Part shown: one piece after another, positions 49,839 through 61,725 of the stretch
How the letters are laid out: every line of letters starts with the position of its first letter
Numbering within the stretch: the stretch's first letter is position 1
Assembly: GCA_017499595.2 (NCBI GenBank)
Contig: CM039004.1
Coordinates: forward strand, 2,790,001-2,854,000
Origin: Psilocybe cubensis
Lineage: Eukaryota
Reading direction: 5' to 3'
Length of the DNA stretch: 64,000 nt
The notes under the pieces: generated by a model
Told to the model about the DNA's origin: nothing
The model's database searches: none
The model's input: only the letters and a program-made list of their open reading frames with translations
Made by a program: the position numbers and the translations under genes

Positions 49839-50308
49839 ATGCGGCTTACTTTTGCATCTACTGTTTTCCTCCTTTCTGCGCTTTCCCTCGCCACTGCCAC
49901 TCCAACTCCACAAGGAAGTCTTCCTATTTTTATTTGTAAGTGTGACTTTATACCATGCAGTTGTCTGAAAATTTATTCAATCGGTTGTCCTCCTTAGGCG
50001 CAGGACCAGATGTAAGCCAAATTCCTCTCTGATATGCATGGTGTTTAATTGCCGTTGCTTTGTTGACATCCTAAAAAGAACATTAAATGTGAGTTCCTTG
50101 ATCACTCTCCTTACTTGAAAGAGACATTTTTAACCACAGTCAAACTTGACAGGTCCGAGTGGATATCGGTGCTGTGTGGGTCCATTGAGCCCTGATGTTG
50201 ATCGCACTGGAACGTATGTGTATATCTCGCTCATTGATTTGCTGATGTTGTAATGACAGAGCATGTTAAAGGTGTGAACTTGGAGTACACGGTGTTTGTC
50301 CATTTTAA
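49839..50308 (+). CDS. Small secreted cysteine-rich (knottin-like) peptide 1, five exons
   Basis: Exons 49839-49935, 49998-50011, 50079-50088, 50153-50213, 50272-50308 give MRLTFASTVFLLSALSLATATPTPQGSLPIFICAGPDNIKCPSGYRCCVGPLSPDVDRTGTCELGVHGVCPF. Confidence 0.85.
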
Positions 50309-50925
50309 GCCATCAGTGTTCCGCGCTTAGGCTGGAGTTTTGTTCTCAGAATAAAGTCCCATATGAGCTCAATTTTTCTCAAAATGTACAAATTTTAGTC
50401 TTGAAGCAACTGGAAATTGCCAAAGAGGTCGTTTTCGGATCAAAGTCGGATCAAAGTCCCATGATTGCCAGCGCTGTACTTGCCGAGCGGCGATTGAACT
50501 TAAGCTGCTTAGGTAATCCAATAATGTACTCAATGTTGTCTTGTTCCGGAACTCCCAACTTGACTTTGGTGACTTGTGTGCAAGAACACTCAGCACGAAA
50601 AAAAGCACACATCTGATCACTCACTACTCTGAAATGCTGTCTTACAAAAATGCAGATGCTACAATCACAACTTCATATGGAAAAGCAATCTCATCATGCG
50701 CGGATTTGTAGGATTCTCGATGTTATTTATATAGGTGTCAGTGGTAACTTCTGTTATGGAATCCCAGAAGATTCGAACAGGTTAGATAAGAGTAAGTGGG
50801 CTGAACTCCCTCACCTTTACATCTGATTATCCACCCACATTAGTCTCAATCGATTTCCAAGGTATTATTATTTACTTGTATGCGACGAAATGGACATATC
50901 TGATGAAGTGCAATAGGCAAACTAC

Positions 50926-53685
50926 ATGGCTCAACTGATCGGCGAAGGCTACGTTGAAAATTGGAAGTCCAACAATGCCGTCCCCAGAGAGAGGGAGCTT
51001 ACCACACACAACGACAAGCCAACTAGTCAACTGGTCACACCTGATGGTTTTATTGACACCAATGGGAGGATAGAGCTGCCTTCGTCGTCTGTGCTCCAAA
51101 GCCAGTCTCACTCAAACTCGTCGATATACCCACCTGTACCTGACGAAGTTATTGGTTCACCTTCCTCCGCAAAGTCATTTTCAAGCACTGCACCGAAGCT
51201 TCAAATTATAACAGATCTGCGTTCCGTGCCAAACTCGCTTAACAGTCAAACCCCAACTCCGTATTCCGACACGCTATTGTCTGTGCAGGACTCGATGGCG
51301 AGCCCACCAAACCAAAAGAACTCTGATGAACCACTGCTCGGGTCCCTGAGGAGAAGCATATCTGAGCCCCCCAAGAGGGATCGACCTCGTTCTGCTGGCA
51401 GTCCTCGTTCTCAGGAAGACTATCCCACTATACCTCAGCTTATTGAGCCTCAGCCTTCAATTACACCTGCACGAACTCCGATAACACCGATGTTGGCAAG
51501 ATCATCATCTAGACGAAAGGCAGATGTCTTCGTTGCTCATAATCCATTCATTGGTCACAGACACGGAACTAAACAAACCGGTAAGCAGGAGCTTACGTTC
51601 GACGATATCCCAACTCCAGGTCCGTTTTCACACTCCTTTGGGACCAGTGTGGAAGATCCCCGTGGTGTCACGCCCGTTGAGCCCCATAATTTTGAATATC
51701 AGACACCTATTTCACGGTCGCATTCCCGCCGAATCTTTCGCCCAAATGACATAAACCATAATACTCCCTCCAAGGTACAGGTTTCTGCAAGTGAACCTGT
51801 GGAATTCAATGTTGTGCGCTCTCAGTCTTACAGCGCCAAAACAAATCGGGTTAGAAGAAACCATATTCATCCAGACGGTAAGTTTGAGGTTTTGAAATCG
51901 AAACGTGCTCTGATTTTTTTTTCTTCTACACAGAAGAAGCGATTTCTTCATCTATACAGCGACCGACTCAAGTCGGGATCTCAAGAAACTCAGGGTCCGG
52001 TGCCCCAGATGCCTTGCTCTCTCTTCCAACAGTCATCGATAAGAACAGTTCCTACCGCGGAAAGTCAGATGATCAAATTGTTCCAAGTGAAAAGACGTCT
52101 GAAATTGAAACTTCTGCGTCTATCATTCGGACAGAAAGCCGTGATTCCTCGAAGGATGACCCGGAGAAAGGAAGCATAGAAACCGATGAACATTCGTCAC
52201 CGCAAACTCTTTGGTCTCGATTCAGAGTTACTCTTGGTAACATTCTCCGCCGGCCTGCACCTGTTGTCAGCGAAGAGACAGAGTTCCAAAAATCTCTTAC
52301 CGCCACAACAGCTAGTTTTATCGCAACAACACTGCCTAAACAGGTGTATTTACATCTCTTGCTTCGCCTTCCACTGCTTTACTTTTCCCGGGTGTCACGA
52401 ATTTTTGAGGAAGCCGACATGACCTTACCCGAGATCAAGAGGATGGCTCTGGAGACACCCGTCGCAGCTAGTAAATGGAGAGCTATTGATCTCTCTATAT
52501 ATGACAGAGCTTTCGATGTTCCTCTTGAATATCAAAGGCTGAGTTCAACGTGGGAGTTTTTCATTGACTCGGTTTTGCGAGAATGGAAAATCTTCAACAT
52601 TATTTCTGGTCTTCTTCTAAGGTAAGTACCCCTTTCTATTTACAAATTTTTCTGCTGATATAGCCCGTATTTAGTGCCATCCTTACCATACTTCAAATTG
52701 ACACTGCTGCTCAGAACCCAGTCACCAGATATACCGCATTATTTTCGCTAATTTGCTCGTTAATAAGTTTGCTCTTTGGATGCATGTACATTATTCGGTT
52801 TGGAACGATGCGCAAACCTTACAAGGCTGCGGAATGGGCACTTGTAAGTACTCACCTTTTACCCGACGTAAACAACCCGCCCTAATCATATGCGCGTTTA
52901 GGAAGCACGAAATGAATCTATGATATGGTGGAACGTCTGGGTGCTCCTTGCAATGCCTGCCATTTGGCTTACTTGGTATGATTTTCCGCAACAGTGGTAG
53001 TGTGACAAGCTACATCTAATATTATTGTAGGTCCATTGTTCTTTACATTGCCTGCATCATGGCCTTCGCCTGGCAGACAACGTCTCAAGATGATACACCC
53101 CCTTCACCACTTTCTCCAACGACCGTCTTAGTCGTGCGTGTACTACTAACGAGTGTTCTTGTATCGGGCGTCATTTATGGAATCCTCATCGTTTCGACCT
53201 TCAGTCGCTACGGGGAAGCGATGGATAAAGCTTGGAAAGAAAGGATAGATACATGGGCGGAAGAAATGGATGTTGCTACCTCAGCTGGTACGCAATTTCT
53301 GACAGATCCATACCCAACATCTACTGTAGATGGATCGTCGGAGCACCTCTGGCGCGAGCCCTATACACCATCGGCCGATATCACACCATCCAGGCAGGGT
53401 CCTGTTTCACCAGGGCTACCTCTTCGATCTCCTCGATTACACGCCCATCTTGTACATGACGGCAATCCTGCCGGTACTCCCGACTATGACACTACTATAG
53501 CCAACAATCCTGGATCAATCCTTGGGAATAGGGTTGCAAGCTTGCGAGAGAAACGTCGTGTTCGATTTCGATCGCCTAAAGAATCTCCCGTCAAGAATAC
53601 CACGACACCCATGTTCTCTTCAACTCTTAATGGAAGCGTTAGCGCTGGTGAAGCAGCGATTGATTCACCTGAGGAAAAGTCATAA
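50926..53685 (+). CDS. Uncharacterised multi-pass membrane protein with long disordered N-terminus, spliced
   Basis: Ser/Pro-rich N-terminus, then LLRLPLLYFSRVSRIFEEADMTL, WEFFIDSVLREWKIFNIIS, SLLFGCMYIIRFGTMRK and WWNVWVLLAMPAIWLTW hydrophobic segments joined by GT-AG introns. Confidence 0.7.
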
Positions 53686-54780
53686 GAACGTGGCATCGGA
53701 TCCAAGATCACCGAATGGATTCTAGGTATCTCAAATCATATAGGAACATCAAGGACTTCTTATGATAACAACACTTGACATCTCTTTCTCGAGGTCTGAC
53801 ATGTAAGGGTATATTGGTAAGACAAATATATTACCTTTCTGTCTAGAAGCTGTGTACAGAAATAGATTCTGTTACTCGGCCATTGAACTCCCTACATTTG
53901 AGGTGAAGTCCTATTCTGAGTACACCAAATCAGACATGAAAATAACGGTAGAAGACCGAAGTCACTCCGGGATCTCACGGTAATAGAGGTGTGGGTACTC
54001 GCGTCAAGAAAGGTTTCATCTAATAAAACAATTCTACCTTCGGCGGCAAAACTTTAAACATCTGCATCAATCAATTCAGAGCTTGTCTTCGGGGTACCTT
54101 GCAAAGTGGACCACTGCTTGCCTCTTGCTAGTCGACAAGTAGTGTGAACAGTTGTGGTGGCTATTGGTAACATTTTTTGAGTGATTCAGACAAGCCTGGC
54201 CTAAGTTTGAAAGATTAGAAAATTCACTGACGCCGGTGAACCGCGCCAGTGTATAAGTTTGGGAAGGCACAAAAATATCCTTATAAATTAGAAATATCCA
54301 ACGAACAATTGCCTACACCGGAATTGCCGTTTACTCTGATTCAAATTTTGTGTGTAAACTTGGTTGTGAAGTAGTAAACCTTCCATTAACTTGACACCTT
54401 CAATACACGCTTTTTGATTATAGGCCCGGTAACAGTAGAATTTAAAGTCGAGTTTAAATCCCAACACCTTTTTTCTCAGATAGATTTTTTCTCGAGCGAT
54501 CTTCCATTCAATCAATCTCAATTCTGTTGTTGTACGATAATAAACAGAACCCAGAAAAAAAAATTGATTCCGTCTTCGTCACTTTCGTGCGCACCGCCCT
54601 TGATCACGCCTTGGTCAGGCCTCGCCTCGGCACCTTTGGTGTTGCTTGGTCATAGGCACCGATAGTACGCAGGTACAAACAAACGTCAATTGTCGTCATT
54701 TCGGACATCATGAATGGTTCCAGAATGGCTCTGCGCTCCTCATGTACACATCGTACGTAGATTCGGATTCGCAGCTGAAC

Positions 54781-57378
54781 ATGGGTAAGACTCGCGTTCC
54801 GGACGTGGACTTAGTCATCGCATTTCGAGCGACCAAGAATGGCTCTCTGTCAAAACAGCAAATCCGTGAAGAAGCGAGAAAGGCCGAACAACAATACAAA
54901 AGGCTCATCGAGACATTGACGTACGCAGGGCTCAAAGCTGTCGGGCGGCGAGGCGAGGCATTGGGACACATTCTGGTCTTTGTGACTTGTCCACCAAAAC
55001 ATGTAGAGGAGCTCGTTAAACGGGAACGGTGAGCTCTGTTGTGTGCACTATGTTGTTTCAACCTGACAAGGGTTCCAGACATTCCGACTTCTTATCTGGA
55101 CTTCCCGTTACACCTTCAACTAGCGCAATACCGTTATCACCTTCTGATCGTATACGACTTGTGCATGCGTATATCTCGTCGACCCCGACGGACGGGGGTC
55201 TTGGTATTTCCAGCGATGCTCCCGAATGGGACCTTGTAGAGTTCATCTTCCCGCTGCACGATCGCGAATTCAACGAGGCCTGGATACGGTCATGGAAACC
55301 ACGTAATATAGCATCAGTCCACCTTGAGCGTATTAGGGATCAATTCGGAGATGCTCTGGCTTTCTACTTTGCTTTTCTGTCGTCCTACACAAAGTTCTTG
55401 GTCGTTCCTGCAATTTTGGGACTGTTCGCTCATTTTATGCTTCCCCCATATTCTCCCTACTACTCTGTGATTCTTTGCCTATGGTCGATCGTCTTTGTGG
55501 AATGGTGGCGTGTCCACGAACGGATACTCTCCTTACGGTTTGGTACTCGTGGGTCATTCAAGGTTGAGAAACGACGTGCGCAATATAAGCCTGGACTAAG
55601 ATGGTGGGCACGGGAACTACGCGTGCTTGCAAGCGTTCCCGTAATTCTTTTGTTTGCCGGGATTTTAACAACTATCCTTACTGGCATATTTGTTTTCGAA
55701 GCTTTTGTGACCCAGTTATACGAGGGTCCAGGCAAGAAGATCATCGTAAGTATCACATATTCTTTTTCGTACATTCTAAATTGAAATATGTAGACCTTCA
55801 CCCCGACTCTGCTCTTTGTCGTTTTGGTCCCCCGCGTTTTAGCTGTCTATCAGGCCGTCGCTGTCAGGCTTACGAATTGGGAGAACCACGCCCATAAATC
55901 AACGCATAATGCCTCACTAACTTTGAAAACATTTGCCCTTAGTGCCATTGTCGCTTATATGGGCCTCGGTCTCTCTGCTTTTGTTTATGTTCCCTTTGGT
56001 GAGGGTGTCATGCGATGGGTTCAAGCTTGGCTATTCGGCGGTGCGCAAACAAACCATGGGATTGCGGCAACACTTAGAGATATGCTAAACGGCACTGTTC
56101 TCACCATTGGAAAGGATTCCACTTTGGTCGCTGATGCGGTCAAGGGTGTCTCCGAGAAAATTCCTGACAGCGCTGCTTCTGTATGGGACGCCAATCCCAT
56201 GAACGCGACAGAGAAACTCAACCCAGGGAGGCTTAGAGATCAGATGTTTGCTTACACAGTTACGAACCAAGTGGTAAACACTTTCATGGAGGTCGGTTTG
56301 CCATTTGTTTTGAGGAGAGTCGAAGCTTTCAGGAAGAATAAAGCAAATGGGAAAGGCAAAGCGAACTCACATGCATCTGGTACAGTGTCAATGGGCAGTA
56401 ACAGCAGCTCGGCTTCAGATAACGGGAACAGTTTGAAAAAACGTGTGGTGTTTGAAGATGAAAAGGAACGAGGGGGCATGGCTGAACGCGCATTTTTGGA
56501 CGGGGTTCGGGAGGAAGCGGCTCTTCCCGAATATGACCTCTTCGTTGATTACAGTGAAATGGTAGTTCAGTTTGGGTATGTTGTGCTATGGTCCACTATT
56601 TGGCCCTTGGCAGGAGGTATGACAATTCACGTTATTTTTAATTCCTTGTTGTTAATCAATTTCACTAGTCATGGCGTTCCTCAATAATTTGCTGGAACTT
56701 CGTTCTGACGCCTTCAAGATGACCGTACACAATCGCCGGCCTATCCCCTCACGAACCGATACCATTGGACCATGGTTGGACGCGCTTACTTTCCTTACTT
56801 GGCTCGGAGCATTGACGAACTCAGCCCTGGTGTACCTTTTCTCGCCGGAGCTTCTTCCTGGCGCTGTTTCCGTCTCCAACGCGAATATTGGAACTGCCAC
56901 TTTTGAAGCAAACATTTCCGAGACTCTGAACGAGAGTAAGTTAGCGGTTGAAGAGCATTTAGTGTCTGCATCCGGTGGTCTATCACCCTCGTCTCTGCCA
57001 TGGGGTGTCGATGGCAGTTCGTCTCCTGCTACCCTATCTGCGACGAAGGAACTTTTGCTCAAAGCTGTTCTGGTCTCACTCGTTGCATCCCACGGGTTCA
57101 TTCTTATCCGACTACTAATTCGCCATGTAGTGGAGCGCATGTTCTGGCGGGGAAGTGGGGAGGTTGAAGAGAGGGAACGTGAGGATAGGGAGGTAAAGGT
57201 GCAGTTTTTAAAGGGAAATGTCGCAAGCAAGGGTGCTCCTAAGTTTGTGGGCGAAGTGCTTATTGAGAGGGAGGTGGGAGGAGAGCTGGTTGATGGTGAG
57301 ACTGCGACGGATAGTATGGAGTTTTGGGACCATGATGAAGGTATCGAAGAAATTCAACGCATTTCCAAAGAGGCGTAA
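54781..57378 (+). CDS. Anoctamin/TMEM16 (Ist2-like) Ca2+-activated channel / scramblase
   Basis: FPLHDREFN, IRDQFGDALAFYFAFL, FVEWWR, LTNWENH, YDLFVDYSEMVVQFGYVVLWS, NNLLELRSDAFK and RTDTIGPW. Confidence 0.92.
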
Positions 57379-57696
57379 ATAAATGTGAGTATTGAATATC
57401 TTATTCTTTCAATTTTTTGGCATCTTTAACTGCTGTATACAGAGTGCCACCATGGACCCACGCTTTCACTTGACTATCCTACCGTTTTTCTTGGTCTTCC
57501 TATTCACTATTGACACAGATTTTGGACGTGACTTTTAACATCATCTTTATGAAACGTTATTCAGTAGATTTTAGACCTAATCTTTGTACCAATTTTGATG
57601 ATCTTGGTGATCTATCTGTTGGTAGACGCAGGTTTGAGGATATTGAATCCTAGCAAACTTGCCAAGGTAATGCGCTGAGGAGTCCGGGCTCTGGAG

Positions 57697-58210
57697 TTAG
57701 ACTGGGCAATTGAATGGCTCCCCGTCGAGTTCATTGGGGAAACATCTGTGGGTGTTTAGACGCCGTATAAGTTTCTGATGCAGTGCATCCGATCTACGAA
57801 GGGGACGACTTACACTCCAAAGGCCTGGTGGCCTACGGGTCCTATGGGTCCTGGGCAACAATGATATCCGGACGGGCCTGCGTAATGGAAAGGAAAATTA
57901 ATCAGGTACATAGAGGTGTTTCTTCAAAGAAAACGTACATCCCGTGTGCTATTCATTCAGAATCACCAAAGGGGGCGGCGGGGATGGGTACTCTTAGCGA
58001 CTATCGAAGTCATCGTTCTTTGAAAAGCTTACCTGAGGATTATTGCCTATAAAGCGAGTTCAAATAGGTGAGCACTGTAATGCCCGTCATATTATCATAA
58101 ATAGCAGGCTCACAGTTAAATGTAGTTGTTGCACTACCCTGTGCAGTGGGTGTGGCCAGACCAAAGGCTGCCACAAAAGAGACGACGAGCGAAATAAGTG
58201 CCACTCTCAT
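57697..58210 (-). CDS. Small secreted cysteine-rich peptide 2, five exons
   Basis: Microexons 58033-58046 and 57939-57948; product MRVALISLVVSFVAAFGLATPTAQGSATTTFNCNNPQHTGCPSGYHCCPGPIGPVGHQAFGVCFPNELDGEPFNCPV. Confidence 0.85.
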
Positions 58211-58733
58211 GTTGTTGAAGATATCTAAGTCCAATTTGGATGAGACTTTGAAACAGAACCAACTTGGGAGTAGTCTGTTTAGTTACACTATAGCGACGGG
58301 CATCGATCTATGGACATTTATACTCTATGTATGGCCATTCTGGAGAACTCGTGATTAGGCTGCTTCCGACTAGGCTTTAGCCTTTAAAGATCACTGGGGA
58401 CATCTTTCATTGTGGGCGTCGATATGTATCAAAAGCCGCAGCATTCTTGACAATCGCGGCACTCGACTGCCCTAGTCTTTTGTTCAGTTGAACCAAGTTG
58501 ACAAAGGAGGCTGTCATAAAAACGGCTGCGTAAGATGCCTAACAGTTGCATCTTAGGTCATTCCACTTCGTATCATGAGTTCGTTGACTAACTTCAACTC
58601 GAAGCAAGATACCGCCCATGGCATCCTCATATAAACTTTATAGGACATATTGATTCATTATTGCTATCTAAGCTCTAAACGCTACGCGAGGTTATGACCA
58701 ATACACTAAGACCGAATAACGAATTCCTTCTAC

Positions 58734-59202
58734 TCAAAGAGGGCAAATGCCGGCCAATCCAGGAAGGCACCTGTTGCAGCTCTGTAAATGTTTGTATTCT
58801 TTAAGCAGTAACAAACGTACGAGCCAGTCCGAGGGTTTTCAATTGTGCCTAGAGGCCCGACGCAGCAGCGATATCCAGTGGGACCTATCCGTTCTGTATT
58901 AGTATTAAGATTCTCGTATATAACGCAAATGAGTTGCAACAAACATTTAAGATTCTGTTAAAACAAAAGGCAATGAAGCGTTTTAGATTATGGTCAGTGG
59001 AGTCTGATGAATATCAAGTATATAACTACATACGTCGGGCCCGCCGCCTGTGACGACATCAAATGGTTAGACTGAGTTACAGGAACTTGAAAGACAAACG
59101 AAAAATACATGTGAAGGCCCCAGAGCTTGCAGCAGGTGCAGCATATGCGCAAGTGACGACAAAAAGTAAGGTGATGATTGTCTGAGTGACCGAGAATTTC
59201 AT
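58734..59202 (-). CDS. Small secreted cysteine-rich peptide 3, five exons
   Basis: Microexons 59034-59047 and 58945-58954; product MKFSVTQTIITLLFVVTCAYAAPAASSGAFTCGGPDNLKCPTGYRCCVGPLGTIENPRTGSCLPGLAGICPL. Confidence 0.87.
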
Positions 59203-59663
59203 TGTTAGAAATGAGCTTGTCTGAGATCAAGTGCACATGGTATCCTTCGGCGCCTGGTACCTTATATTTATGAGCGCTAAATATATCTTCACACACCGAA
59301 AGGGGCAATTTTCAACAGCTTCAATGAGCGTTGATTTTTATCATTAAAAATTACAGTCGTTCGGTTTAATTGCCTGAGCCTCTAATACTGTATCGTTTCA
59401 TCGTGCCTATGGCTCCAGGAACAGGTCATATGAAGTATTAGCGATGTAGTACACGTCAACCCGACGTCAACTCCTGGTGTGCTAACGTTGAAACGTTGAC
59501 GGGTTGCCATACCTTCTCAGAATCAAGTAACAGCTCAGTAACATTCCCGAATTGAAGAAGCTGGATTTATTTTAATCATTCACAGCAGATGATTTTTTAT
59601 ACTCCATCCATTTCCGAAGGCTGAAGTAACCGTTGATTTTCTTAGCCCTTTAGCATCCATAGA

Positions 59664-60128
59664 TTACAGAGGACAAAGGCCGGTTTCTCCTTGGAAGCAG
59701 CTTGTAATATGTCACGGCCGTCAGGGCCGATAAATGGTGACGCTCAAAAGTGATTGACTTACGTTCCACCAACGCCTTCAACGAGGGGTCCGCAGCAGCG
59801 GTATCCACAGGGGCCTGCAAATTATGTTCATGTTAGATCAGGACCAACGGTGAGGTGCAAAGGATTTATGTTTTATCACATTGGAGGTTCTATTGTTGCA
59901 AACACGTTAGATTTTCGACGAAGATATGTCTCATAAGTCAACGTACATTAGGACCACCACCTATATCCATCTAATTTCAGCAGTCATTCCATAAATAAAT
60001 GAGGATTTTTCATATTTACAGTGGAATATAGGGCAGCTGCGGGCCTCAACCACATTGGAAGTAGGAGAAGCCGTAGTTTGAGATAAGAATGAGAAAGCCA
60101 TAGCAATAGAGAGTAAAGAGAATTTCAT
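59664..60128 (-). CDS. Small secreted cysteine-rich peptide 4 (8 Cys), five exons
   Basis: Microexons 59947-59960 and 59880-59889; product MKFSLLSIAMAFSFLSQTTASPTSNVVEARSCPIFHCGGPNNLQCPCGYRCCGPLVEGVGGTCFQGETGLCPL. Confidence 0.87.
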
Positions 60129-60730
60129 TTTCAGAACGAGATTCGATAAAACTAAACTGGTCGCGTTATGAGTTGGGAGTTGACGATTGCATTTTGCGGG
60201 GAGGGAAGGATATTTGTAGCCCTCAAATGTCTAAAAATAAGTCAGCTTCACTATTGCGACGCAGGTCGAGCGTCAACGCACCACACCAGTTTAGGCCAAC
60301 ATGTTCAAGTTTACTACATTTTCGGTCACCTGGATATATTAGATAACGTACTAGGACATATGTTTTATCGGCAGTCAGCCCATTATTGAGTCACTTTTGC
60401 ATGAAGCAATCAAAATTACATGATTTTCAATTTTTCATGCAGCATTTCGCGATTCTCGGAAACCAAAACAAATTTGTTGCGTTATTAGCCCCAAATATTT
60501 TTAGACATCCAATGGAGTAAATACAAGCTTCATCGCGGCTCTGGAGAAACCAAGTTTCAACTTTGACTTTTGTTTGTTGGAACGCTGTACTGCCTATCGC
60601 TCACCCTCACTGGATTGGTATTAATAATAGTATATTATTGTGATAGATTTATCCTTGCTCAACACTCCGACATCCAAGTCGTTCTTTTATCTTAGGCTGA
60701 TAATATAGTGCTTCCCATCTTTCTGACAGT

Positions 60731-61141
60731 CTATCTCGGACAAGGACCGCCGATTGGATGGCAACTACGTTTAAAATTAGTCTGAATTCTTTCATGCTCT
60801 ATTTAACTTACACGCCTCCTGTTTCAACGGAAAGTGGACCACAGCATTGAAATCCTTGGGGACCTTTTTGAAATACCAGGTAAGAATCAGCGACAAAATG
60901 ATGAATTCCGAGCACTTGCATTTCGGGTGCTACATATTTTAATGTATGGAATTCCGTAGAGTCAGAGTTGATTTGAGACCGGAAGGCAAATGATTCACTT
61001 ACTTCTGGAGTTTGACCTAGATTCTATGCATGAGTAATCTAAACTCACGGAACCGTGAAAGGGTGACATACAATGATATGCAGCCAAAGCCTGAACAATA
61101 ATCGTCGAAGTAATAGCAATAGAATGGAAACAAATGCGCAT
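60731..61141 (-). CDS. Small secreted cysteine-rich peptide 5, five exons, one GC-AG intron
   Basis: Microexons 61003-61016 and 60920-60929; product MRICFHSIAITSTIIVQALAAYHCQTPEHPKCPQGFQCCGPLSVETGGVCHPIGGPCPR. Confidence 0.82.
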
Positions 61142-61725
61142 GCTTGATTGAGGTAAAATTCTCCTATAAATCTGGGCTTGTTGTGTTGTACATCTTGCCT
61201 TATATTTATACGTTTTATATACTGCATTGTGTCAGTCTACCCACATCTGAGAAAGCTCTCTGCTATCCTGGTCAACTAATGGAGCATTGGTATGCATCTC
61301 ACCTTGATGTTATTAGAATGAACAACCTGTCAGGATTACGGCGCGCATTGCTCCTGCTGTCTAAGCAGACAGAGTATCCGCAGTAGAGAAGGGCACATAC
61401 GACCTATCTGTCATGTGAAGATTGTGACAAGGAATACTAGCTGTCTCTCCAGGCAAGGCAATATCCCCTCAGATGCGAACCGGCCAGGAAAGATTTTCTA
61501 AAAGTGATGAGAACACTCGATACATATCTCTGATAGTATTCCGTTCACCTGCTAAGTTACATTGCTTATTACTGCAGCCTGAATCCCGTCCTTAGGTGGA
61601 TGAAGATGATTTCGTCAGAATTCAAGTTCAATGCCAAGCCTGCCGAGCGTCAATAGGTCACATGATATGCAGAACCTAGTTCGCTCAGGGGCCACGCTCT
61701 GCGTGGTTTTCTTTCAACAATCCTC

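Noticed and set aside
49839-61141. Calling the small peptides hydrophobins or CBM1 modules
   Set aside because: Only one CC doublet and six core Cys (hydrophobins have eight with two doublets); CGG...C..GY.C recalls CBM1, but the aromatic cellulose-binding residues are missing.
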